This document shows, piece after piece, positions 9,560-16,182 of a stretch of DNA of 24,000 nt (position 1 is its first letter; each line of letters opens with the position of its first letter). The notes below the pieces were generated by a model. That model was not told the DNA's origin and made no database searches. It saw nothing but the letters and a program-made list of their open reading frames with translations. Source of the DNA: Cellulophaga phage phi19:3; the sequence record NC_021789.1; one strand, written 5' to 3'. Both the position numbers and the translations under genes were made by a program.

Positions 9560-9847
9560 ATGAAAAATATAAATAGTAAAGAAAAAGAAGTTCACAAACC
9601 TGAAGATGTAGTGAGATTTTTTAATGAAATGTCTATTGCAAGACGCAATCATGATATGTTCAATCCTTGGGAACCGTTTTCACACATAAGCGCAGATAAA
9701 ATTTTCACAAAAGATGTTCTTGATAAAGGATTGAAATTATTAAGAGAATTGAGAATAGAAGAAACACAACAAGAAATTAATAGAATTGAATTAGATGAAC
9801 TACCTAAATTAAAGGAGCATCTATTATATCTTAAAAAAAATAATTAG
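9560..9847 (+). CDS. hypothetical protein (95 aa)
   Basis: ORF track; immediately downstream of int. Confidence 0.6.
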   Translation: MKNINSKEKEVHKPEDVVRFFNEMSIARRNHDMFNPWEPFSHISADKIFTKDVLDKGLKLLRELRIEETQQEINRIELDELPKLKEHLLYLKKNN

Positions 9848-9848
9848 T

Positions 9849-10310
9849 ATGAGAGATACAAGATTAGAAATTTCTATAGAATCTTTAATAGAGTACAAGT
9901 ACCCTAACATTAAAGATTTGAATGTAGAATGTATTCAGGGTGGTAAGACTGTAATTAAATACAGTAACAAAGATATTCCAAAACAAGATGTAATAGATTT
10001 TTTAGGGAGTGTTAAAAAAGAAACTGCTACTGAAGAATTTATAAAGGATTTAATTAGTGGTAGTGCCTTCGTATTCCACAACGGAAAACTTCTAGTTGAA
10101 AAAGGAAGTACCGAAGAATCGTTTTTGAATAAACATATAATGTGTACTTCTTCAATAGATGGTGAGTTTTTTACATACACACTAGTTAGGTGCGATAAAA
10201 ATAGTAGTGAAATAATAATGTGCAAAACATTTAGGGAAGAAAAAAACTTTAAAGAGGAAGTTAATAATTTGGCAAAATATTTCAATGCAGATATACTTGA
10301 GGAAAAATAA
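9849..10310 (+). CDS. hypothetical protein (153 aa)
   Basis: ORF track; adjacent to the previous ORF. Confidence 0.65.
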   Translation: MRDTRLEISIESLIEYKYPNIKDLNVECIQGGKTVIKYSNKDIPKQDVIDFLGSVKKETATEEFIKDLISGSAFVFHNGKLLVEKGSTEESFLNKHIMCTSSIDGEFFTYTLVRCDKNSSEIIMCKTFREEKNFKEEVNNLAKYFNADILEEK

Positions 10311-10396
10311 TAATGGATGCAATCCTGGCGAAGATCTTTAGTACAATAATTAAACGATTTTAAAATTGTGGCATCGTAACTTTAAATAATAATAAT

Positions 10397-10567
10397 ATGA
10401 AAAAATTTAAGGAAGTTTCTACAGAAAAAGAACGAAAATTAAAATATGAGGGGTTTTGTACTAAATGTAATAAGGTTTCGTTTTTTAGATTGATTAGCGG
10501 ATCTGTTTTTAAAACTAATTACCGATGCATAAAGTGTAAAAATATAGAGGTTATAAATACTTATTAA
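10397..10567 (+). CDS. tiny Zn-ribbon-like protein (56 aa)
   Basis: Manual translation: MKKFKEVSTEKERKLKYEGFCTKCNKVSFFRLISGSVFKTNYRCIKCKNIEVINTY; paired CxxC knuckles. Confidence 0.5.
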   Translation: MKKFKEVSTEKERKLKYEGFCTKCNKVSFFRLISGSVFKTNYRCIKCKNIEVINTY

Positions 10568-10576
10568 GCATAAAAA

Positions 10577-10604
10577 AACCCTTACTAGTAATATAGTAAG
10601 GGTT
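10577..10604. terminator. bidirectional intrinsic terminator between convergent genes
   Basis: AACCCTTACTA-GTAATA-TAGTAAGGGTT, perfect 11-bp stem, flanked by an A-run on the left and TTTTTATTTTT on the right. Confidence 0.88.
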
Positions 10605-10633
10605 TTTATTTTTATGGTTACCTACAATAAAAA

Positions 10634-10933
10634 CTATTTCATTAGGCTTTCATTGAAATCGTCGTATTCTATTTTGGCTTTACACATTTGCATTTTACCA
10701 TCTTTAAAGTATGCCTTCCATGTATCATCATATTCTTCACCCTTACCGTAAATTTCAAAAACTACTTTAGGGTGTTCCTTGCTAACTTCTTTCATTTCCT
10801 TTTCAAACTCATACCATTTAGTAGGCTCGTCAAAAGGGTCGTAATCTACATGCTCACTTATTACTTCTCTATAGTTTGTAATGCAATCATCACCGCTATA
10901 TATATCTAATTCAAATTTTGTATAATATCCCAT
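10634..10933 (-). CDS. hypothetical protein (99 aa)
   Basis: ORF track; acidic/aromatic, convergent to the plus-strand operon. Confidence 0.65.
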   Translation of the reverse strand: MGYYTKFELDIYSGDDCITNYREVISEHVDYDPFDEPTKWYEFEKEMKEVSKEHPKVVFEIYGKGEEYDDTWKAYFKDGKMQMCKAKIEYDDFNESLMK

Positions 10934-10936
10934 AAC

Positions 10937-11179
10937 TTATCTTTTTGCGTGAAAATTAATTTCTGCGTTTATTGCTTTTAGTATTCTTGATGCCGTAACT
11001 ATAGAGGGCCGTTTTAGCCCTCTGATTATCTTTGAAATATCGCCCTGACTTATACCCGTTTCTCGAGAAATGAAGCCCTGTGTAATTCCTAAATTCTGCA
11101 TTCTTTCGCTTACGTAGTCCGCAAACTGCATTATTATTTCTTGTTCTGTTTCCGTGTGATCGATATAAGTCTGAGCCAT
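10937..11179 (-). CDS. XRE/Cro-like HTH transcriptional regulator
   Basis: GITQGFISRETGISQGDISKIIRGLKRPSIVTASRILKAIN is a typical HTH_3. Confidence 0.85.
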   Translation of the reverse strand: MAQTYIDHTETEQEIIMQFADYVSERMQNLGITQGFISRETGISQGDISKIIRGLKRPSIVTASRILKAINAEINFHAKR

Positions 11180-11183
11180 AATA

Positions 11184-11348
11184 TTAAAAAGTTTTAATTC
11201 GTTCTACAAGTGCGCCCCTTTCATTTATAGAAAGTTCTTCAAAAGTTCTATTATTCATATGCCATCGTCCGTTAAAAACTTGGTAGTTTGTATTCGGTCT
11301 TGGTATTTCTTCCTTTATTTCTCTGATTGTTTCTAATATTCCAAACAT
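11184..11348 (-). CDS. hypothetical protein (54 aa)
   Basis: Manual translation: MFGILETIREIKEEIPRPNTNYQVFNGRWHMNNRTFEELSINERGALVERIKTF. Confidence 0.45.
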   Translation of the reverse strand: MFGILETIREIKEEIPRPNTNYQVFNGRWHMNNRTFEELSINERGALVERIKTF

Positions 11349-11354
11349 AGTATT

Positions 11355-11492
11355 TTATTTAGGTGTTTCTTTTTTAAGCTGCTTCTTTTGATCTCTTTTA
11401 GGCGGCAAAGTTCCGCTAATAGTTCCGCCAGTTATTAGGCACTTATTTTGTTCCCACCATGCGGGGGCCAGTTTTTTTTGTGTCGTTTCCAT
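11355..11492 (-). CDS. hypothetical basic peptide (45 aa)
   Basis: Manual translation: METTQKKLAPAWWEQNKCLITGGTISGTLPPKRDQKKQLKKETPK. Confidence 0.4.
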   Translation of the reverse strand: METTQKKLAPAWWEQNKCLITGGTISGTLPPKRDQKKQLKKETPK

Positions 11493-11570
11493 GTTATAAC
11501 AATAATAAGATTGATATTGATAAAATTAAAATAATAGTCCAGTAATAGACGTCTTTAAATGTCGGCTTTT

Positions 11571-11669
11571 TCATAATAGTAAACCGTAAATGTTAATTGA
11601 TATTCCTATTGCCCAAAGAATTAGCACGGTTAAAATTACCGTGCTATCTTTAATTTTTATGTCCTTCAT
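11571..11669 (-). CDS. tiny predicted membrane peptide (32 aa)
   Basis: Manual translation: MKDIKIKDSTVILTVLILWAIGISINIYGLLL. Confidence 0.35.
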   Translation of the reverse strand: MKDIKIKDSTVILTVLILWAIGISINIYGLLL

Positions 11670-11673
11670 ACCT

Positions 11674-11967
11674 TTATTTTTTTGGTTCTTCAACATTAAT
11701 ATATTGTTTGTACTCTTTGCCTGTTTTCTTACTGGTCCGTAAAATGTACAAACTACCGCGCGAACTTTTAAAAACTGGGTAACTAGTTCCTTTAATATCG
11801 ATAGTAAACTTAGTTTTTACCGCTTCGGTTGCTGTTTTGGCTGTTTCTACCTTAACAAGCTTATCACCATCGACTATATATGTAGTTTTTTTTGATTGAG
11901 CGAAGCTACACGACGATATAAGTAGTAAAATTCCTGTAATTGTGCCTAAAATGTTTCTTTTTTTCAT
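11674..11967 (-). CDS. predicted exported small protein, possible PBCV-type basic adaptor-like domain
   Basis: Signal/lipoprotein-like N-terminus LLLISSCSFAQ; YPVFKSSRGSLYILRTSKKTGKEYKQYI. Confidence 0.6.
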   Translation of the reverse strand: MKKRNILGTITGILLLISSCSFAQSKKTTYIVDGDKLVKVETAKTATEAVKTKFTIDIKGTSYPVFKSSRGSLYILRTSKKTGKEYKQYINVEEPKK

Positions 11968-12034
11968 ATCTAATAAATTTTAATTGTTAACACCGCCCAA
12001 TTAAGGGCGAACGCTTGCAGCCTAATAACCTATT

Positions 12035-12187
12035 TTATGCCGCTGCAACGGCTTCAATTTTCCATCCTTCGTACTTCATTGCCCAATGTGCACTTTGACT
12101 TTGTTTCCTTTGTAACTGCATATAACATTCGTTTTCTGTTCCTGTGAATTTAATTTCTCCGTCTTGACTTAAATTATATTGTTGCAT
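12035..12187 (-). CDS. hypothetical protein (50 aa)
   Basis: Manual translation: MQQYNLSQDGEIKFTGTENECYMQLQRKQSQSAHWAMKYEGWKIEAVAAA. Confidence 0.45.
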   Translation of the reverse strand: MQQYNLSQDGEIKFTGTENECYMQLQRKQSQSAHWAMKYEGWKIEAVAAA

Positions 12188-12213
12188 GGCTTAAATGTTT
12201 TTTAGTTCTTGAT

Positions 12214-12741
12214 TTATTTAAGTTTTTTAGTATTTCTTATTTCGTTTGCTTGAGATTGAATGAAAAAACAATCTAACAAAATTAAATTTCCTTTATTGTC
12301 AATGGCTACATTTCTAGGTGATATTTCAAATTGAATATCACTACCATAATTGGCACAAGCATCTAAGCATTCTTTTAATAAATTACGAATTGTTTTGTTT
12401 GTAATTTTATCAAATTCTTTGTGCCATGCATCCATTAAATGATGCCTATTTTCAATAAATCCAATACTTAACCCTCTTAACTCCTTATATATTTTATATT
12501 GAGACGGTTTTAAATTATTTTTTAAAGATTTAGGTCTATTATATAAAGGCATCTTATAAAGGTATTGTTCAATAATTTCTATTTGTGGTAAATGTTTTGA
12601 TTCTGGAAACCAATTATTTGCCATACATTCTTTAATATAATCTGTACTTTTTAAAACAACTGTTTTTTTATCCTCTTGCATATATGCTGTAGAAAACAAG
12701 CCTTTACCTATAATGTTATTGTATGTTATTTCGTTTATCAT
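12214..12741 (-). CDS. protein-kinase-like fold protein (175 aa), possibly degenerate
   Basis: Gly-loop-like IIGKGLFSTAYM, VVLKS (putative ATP Lys), and FEISPRNVAIDNKGNLILLDCFF aligning with the HxDxxxxN...DxD catalytic and Mg-binding segments. Confidence 0.6.
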   Translation of the reverse strand: MINEITYNNIIGKGLFSTAYMQEDKKTVVLKSTDYIKECMANNWFPESKHLPQIEIIEQYLYKMPLYNRPKSLKNNLKPSQYKIYKELRGLSIGFIENRHHLMDAWHKEFDKITNKTIRNLLKECLDACANYGSDIQFEISPRNVAIDNKGNLILLDCFFIQSQANEIRNTKKLK

Positions 12742-12788
12742 AATCGTATCTTTTAAAATGTTTATTAATTTTTTTTGTTCTGGTGAGC

Positions 12789-13016
12789 TTATTTAATTAT
12801 ATAGTATTTTAAAACGTGTTCAAGTTTTCCAAATGTTGATGGGCTGCAGTGATCTTTATTTTTTGGTATTGATATAAAATAACCGCTTTTAACCTGCATT
12901 AAATTCCAGTTACTATCTTCTACCTCGTAGATATTAATAATGTCTTTAGGGTAGCTTAAAACATCTTTTATATATTCCTTTTCAAATGATTTTAAAGGCC
13001 TGTTATTTAATACCAT
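12789..13016 (-). CDS. hypothetical protein (75 aa)
   Basis: ORF track. Confidence 0.5.
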   Translation of the reverse strand: MVLNNRPLKSFEKEYIKDVLSYPKDIINIYEVEDSNWNLMQVKSGYFISIPKNKDHCSPSTFGKLEHVLKYYIIK

Positions 13017-13061
13017 AACCCTTTTTTTGTTCCTTCCGGTGTTGTCTTCATAACCTTATTT

Positions 13062-13199
13062 TTATTTATTACCTAATAAATACCTTATAACGGTATTAAT
13101 TTTGTTCTTCTCGTTTAATTCTTTCAGCTCTTTAGCTGTATAAACGTTTACTCTTGCTCCTGCATGTATAATTGTCAGGCCTGTTTTTGTCTGTGCCAT
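13062..13199 (-). CDS. hypothetical protein (45 aa)
   Basis: Manual translation: MAQTKTGLTIIHAGARVNVYTAKELKELNEKNKINTVIRYLLGNK. Confidence 0.4.
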   Translation of the reverse strand: MAQTKTGLTIIHAGARVNVYTAKELKELNEKNKINTVIRYLLGNK

Positions 13200-13210
13200 T
13201 GGTGAGGGGT

Positions 13211-13357
13211 TTATTTTAAGTAATCCGTGTTTAAATCTCCGTTAATTAAGCCTATTACTAAACTTCCAATAGTTACCGCAATAACTCCAAGAAATAAAAC
13301 CTTAATTAATAACTCTACTTTGTTTGTGTTTTCTAGTACTCTGTTTAATGTCTTCAT
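13211..13357 (-). CDS. small predicted membrane protein (48 aa)
   Basis: Manual translation: MKTLNRVLENTNKVELLIKVLFLGVIAVTIGSLVIGLINGDLNTDYLK. Confidence 0.45.
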   Translation of the reverse strand: MKTLNRVLENTNKVELLIKVLFLGVIAVTIGSLVIGLINGDLNTDYLK

Positions 13358-13383
13358 AATATTTATGTTTTAAATGTTTGTTT

Positions 13384-13436
13384 TAGATTAAGATGCTTCA
13401 CAGCATTTCGTCCTTCTGGACTCGTCAGTTAATCTA
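13384..13436 (-). ncRNA. hammerhead ribozyme (type I topology)
   Basis: Minus-strand RNA UAGAUUAA-CUGACGA-GUCC(AGAA)GGAC-GAA-AUGCU(GUGA)AGCAU-C|UUAAUCUA. All core positions match CUGANGA / GAA / A15.1:U16.1 / H17; stems I (8 bp), II (4 bp) and III (5 bp) are perfectly complementary. Confidence 0.95.
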
Positions 13437-13779
13437 GATACTCCTCTTCTATTTCATCTTTTACAATTTCATAAACCTTTTCAATTGAAGTCGAATAAAT
13501 AATTTGTTCATCCCCTTCTATGTTATATTTAAAAGGCATGTTTCCGTTCATGTCTGTCATACCATCCTCGTTTGTTATCTCGTAGTCAATTCCTTTGTAG
13601 CTTCCTATAATGCTATTCATAATCGTATCTTTTAATTTATTTAACTCTATTATTTTAAGCCTTACAATATCTATTGTATTATTCAAGTCTGTTCTGTTTA
13701 TTCCTTTCAGATTGTATTTTTTATCAAATCCATAAAGGGCATTTAATAAATCGTTATTCTCTTTTAATTCTTTTTCCAT
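13429..13779 (-). CDS. hypothetical protein (116 aa)
   Basis: ORF track; acidic, ends directly in the ribozyme stem I. Confidence 0.65.
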   Translation of the reverse strand: MEKELKENNDLLNALYGFDKKYNLKGINRTDLNNTIDIVRLKIIELNKLKDTIMNSIIGSYKGIDYEITNEDGMTDMNGNMPFKYNIEGDEQIIYSTSIEKVYEIVKDEIEEEYLD

Positions 13780-13797
13780 GTCTTTAGTTTTTAAATA

Positions 13798-13992
13798 TTA
13801 ATATTGTCTTTCTACGTACTCGTTAATAAAATACTCTTGTATCTGTTGCATACACATCTTAATTCTATACTGTGTACATTGTGTTAAATAGTTTGCTCCT
13901 TCTTTAATAATGTTATCACTATTAAACCATTCTTTGAATTCAACCTCTACCCCTAACTCTTGTAATGCTGTTAATGTATTTACGCTATTCAT
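13798..13992 (-). CDS. hypothetical protein (64 aa)
   Basis: ORF track; first gene of the leftward cluster. Confidence 0.55.
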   Translation of the reverse strand: MNSVNTLTALQELGVEVEFKEWFNSDNIIKEGANYLTQCTQYRIKMCMQQIQEYFINEYVERQY

Positions 13993-14067
13993 AATCTTAT
14001 CCTTTTATATGGTTAATACTCTTTAATTAGCTAGGCAGTTAGTAGCGAGCTAAATCCAATCTCTTTT

Positions 14068-14086
14068 ATACCTTATATATAGGTAT
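14068..14086. promoter_or_regulatory. palindromic operator-like site ATACCT-TATATAT-AGGTAT
   Basis: Inverted repeat about 75 nt upstream of the leftward cluster start, nested inside TAGGCAG/CTGCCTA. Confidence 0.4.
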
Positions 14087-14427
14087 TAGATTCTGCCTAA
14101 TTTTATGCTTCTTTATATGTCAATGAACTTTGTGCCTCTCGCAACCCCTATAAACAGTGAGGTTATTCCCTTACACATGGCTAAAGTACATATTATATAC
14201 AGTTATCGCAAATAAAACAGAATAAATCGTTATCACTTGTTTTTATAGCTATTTTAAGATCAATAGATATTTCTTATAGGTCAATGAATTCAGGCCATTA
14301 GACGTGTTCTTATTGTGGTTTACCTGCACCTATATAATAGGACTATTTAAAGACCTGTATAAATAAGGGGTAATTGTTGTAGTTTTTAGAGGTTGGCCAA
14401 TGTGTGGGTTTTGTTTGTCACTAACAC

Positions 14428-14460
14428 AAAAACGTGCGCAGAAAATAAAAAACGTGCGCA
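14428..14460. repeat. two direct repeats AAAAACGTGCGCA with 20-bp period
   Basis: 14428-14440 and 14448-14460 are identical over 13 nt. Confidence 0.85.
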
Positions 14461-15006
14461 TATCTGTAGAACTAAGCGAAATCCGGACATCAATACCTTA
14501 TTATAGTACGTCATTACTGGAATATAGTTGCCCGTTGTGCATTGGTTGTTCAAATATTGCACGTATAAGGCGTAACTTTCTGTAAATTAGTAGGTTAATT
14601 GCTAAAAGACGTGCCCATAGTAGGAGTACGCACAATTAGTATGGCCCAAAACCACCAAATTAGTACAGATCAAAAAGTCAAAAATCTAACTGGATACATA
14701 TCGAAATGCACCCCCGTGGGGTAAATATCTCGAGTTTTCCTTTCGACCGGGATCGCTCGATACTAGTACTCCATCCCCACAACATTATCACGAGAGATTT
14801 TTTGGAATAAAAAAAGGCACCGACTATAAATCGATACCTTTTAGATGTGGGTCTCCTTTCTTTGGGTTAAACTTCCGTTATGTAAATATAGGTTAATTAT
14901 TCTTAAAATCAGTAGTTTCTATCTATACTATATAAAGTAAGATAGGATTTCTCCTTTACATTACTGGTTATTAATAAGTTACGATATTTTCATTGGGCTG
15001 AGGGTG

Positions 15007-15083
15007 TGTCTAACTTTCATTATCTGAGACGTTTAGACATTCTGTAAAATGCTAACTTTCATCCTGAGTGAAAGTTAGACATT
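15007..15083 (+). repeat. alternating inverted/direct repeats TGTCTAACTTTCA / TGAAAGTTAGACATT
   Basis: TGTCTAACTTTCA 15007-15019; TTAGACATT 15033-15041; CTAACTTTCA 15052-15061; TGAAAGTTAGACATT 15069-15083. Confidence 0.85.
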
Positions 15084-15126
15084 GGAATTACATACGATTT
15101 TTATATTAGAATCAAAACTTTTATTA

Positions 15127-15134
15127 TATATTTG
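15127..15134 (+). promoter_or_regulatory. candidate Bacteroidetes-type -7 element TATATTTG
   Basis: Matches TAnnTTTG, upstream of the 15249 operon; no clear -33 box located. Confidence 0.5.
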
Positions 15135-15172
15135 TCTAGCCGACCTTCACATTAAGGCGAAAGATATTCAAG

Positions 15173-15232
15173 GACCTATATAATTTGGAATCAGGGTGAA
15201 GGCTGAGGAAGGGTTGTACTAGGTCTTTTTTT
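15173..15232 (+). terminator. attenuator-like terminator in the operon leader
   Basis: GACCTA (15173-15178) pairs with TAGGTC (15220-15225) followed by T7; internal CCTTCAC (15144-15150)/GTGAAGG (15196-15202) is a competing pairing. Confidence 0.4.
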
Positions 15233-15248
15233 AATTAAACTAGGGATT

Positions 15249-15614
15249 ATGGGAAACACAAGAGAGATTAAATTTAGATACAGATTGAAATTAGTATCGG
15301 ATGACTGGGGCAGATACAAAGAAGGGGATATTGATGTTTTTTACTTCTCACTAAACGATAAGCAGTCTGGGCTTTATAGATTCGCTATAGACGAAAGATG
15401 GGATGTTGTTAGTTGCGATGAATACACAGGACTTAAAGATAAGGATGGGAATGAGATTTATGAAGGGGATATACTAAACAATAACACTATAGTTGTTTTT
15501 TCTTTAGAGCAAGCTTGTTATTTTTCTGGAGGCGTTCCATTATGTATGAGTCATTCACACAGAGAAGTAATAGGAAACATCCACGAGAATCCGGAACTAA
15601 TCGATAAAAACTAG
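15249..15614 (+). CDS. YopX-family phage protein
   Basis: REIKFRYR...EYTGLKDKDGNEIYEGDIL...VIGNIHENPELI is characteristic of YopX. Confidence 0.9.
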   Translation: MGNTREIKFRYRLKLVSDDWGRYKEGDIDVFYFSLNDKQSGLYRFAIDERWDVVSCDEYTGLKDKDGNEIYEGDILNNNTIVVFSLEQACYFSGGVPLCMSHSHREVIGNIHENPELIDKN

Positions 15615-15619
15615 GGATT

Positions 15620-15865
15620 ATGAATAAGCCAGATATTATAGGTGTTGAGGTTTTAACTCCGGATGGAAGAGGAAGTATATTGTCATTACATCCTAGAAAA
15701 GTAATAGTTCATTTGAACTCAAGGGGAGTCAATCAATTAATGAAAGGACTCAAAAGAGGGGAACTTCATTACGCATACGATTATTCAGATGTTGAAATAA
15801 TAAAAGGTCAATATTGTTTTAACGACGAAAGAATTAATTTGCAATACGATAAACTAACAAACTAA
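15620..15865 (+). CDS. hypothetical phage protein (81 aa)
   Basis: ORF track; shares the CTAGGGATTATG initiation context with the preceding gene. Confidence 0.7.
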   Translation: MNKPDIIGVEVLTPDGRGSILSLHPRKVIVHLNSRGVNQLMKGLKRGELHYAYDYSDVEIIKGQYCFNDERINLQYDKLTN

Positions 15866-15870
15866 AGATT

Positions 15871-16182
15871 ATGAATTTTATTAAGAGATTATTTGAAAAA
15901 AAGGAAACTACTAATACTAACATCAATAAGAGCAAGGATCCAAGCGACTATAAAAAATGTAGCCTTAGTAGTGAATGGTACAGCGATAATCACTACTGTA
16001 CTAAATGCAAAAAAAGCACAGGTCATAATGAATACATGAGTGATATATGTAATGGTTGTGGAAGCTTTGATACTCAAAAACGATTTGGAAGAAGTTATCG
16101 AAAAATAATGATAGAAGGCAAATGGAAATACCAAGTAAGATACAAAAATGGGAATGAAGAAATAATAGATAAATGGTATTAA
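15871..16182 (+). CDS. Zn-ribbon-containing hypothetical protein
   Basis: HYCTKCKKSTGHNEYMSDICNGCG. Confidence 0.7.
   Translation: MNFIKRLFEKKETTNTNINKSKDPSDYKKCSLSSEWYSDNHYCTKCKKSTGHNEYMSDICNGCGSFDTQKRFGRSYRKIMIEGKWKYQVRYKNGNEEIIDKWY

Noticed and set aside
9243-10285. ORFs 9243-9500 (+), 9341-9652 (-), 9935-10285 (-)
   Set aside because: Out-of-frame or antisense to the integrase and following genes.
10634-11179. Toxin-antitoxin pair (HTH protein with 99-aa neighbour)
   Set aside because: The 99-aa protein shows no HigB/RelE/HipA or Fic features; pairing is only positional.
14544-14555. tRNA T-arm (GTTGTTCAAAT) at the shared 12-mer
   Set aside because: No acceptor, anticodon or T-stem pairing around either copy.
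14400-14585. 61-aa plus ORF in the non-coding hub
   Set aside because: Its reading frame is partly made of the iteron-like repeats and composition is atypical; no supporting context.
15204-15210. CTGAGGA on the plus strand as a second hammerhead core
   Set aside because: No matching GAA(A) strand after a stem II and no NUH cleavage arrangement; the circularly permuted option with GAAA near 15159 also fails pairing.
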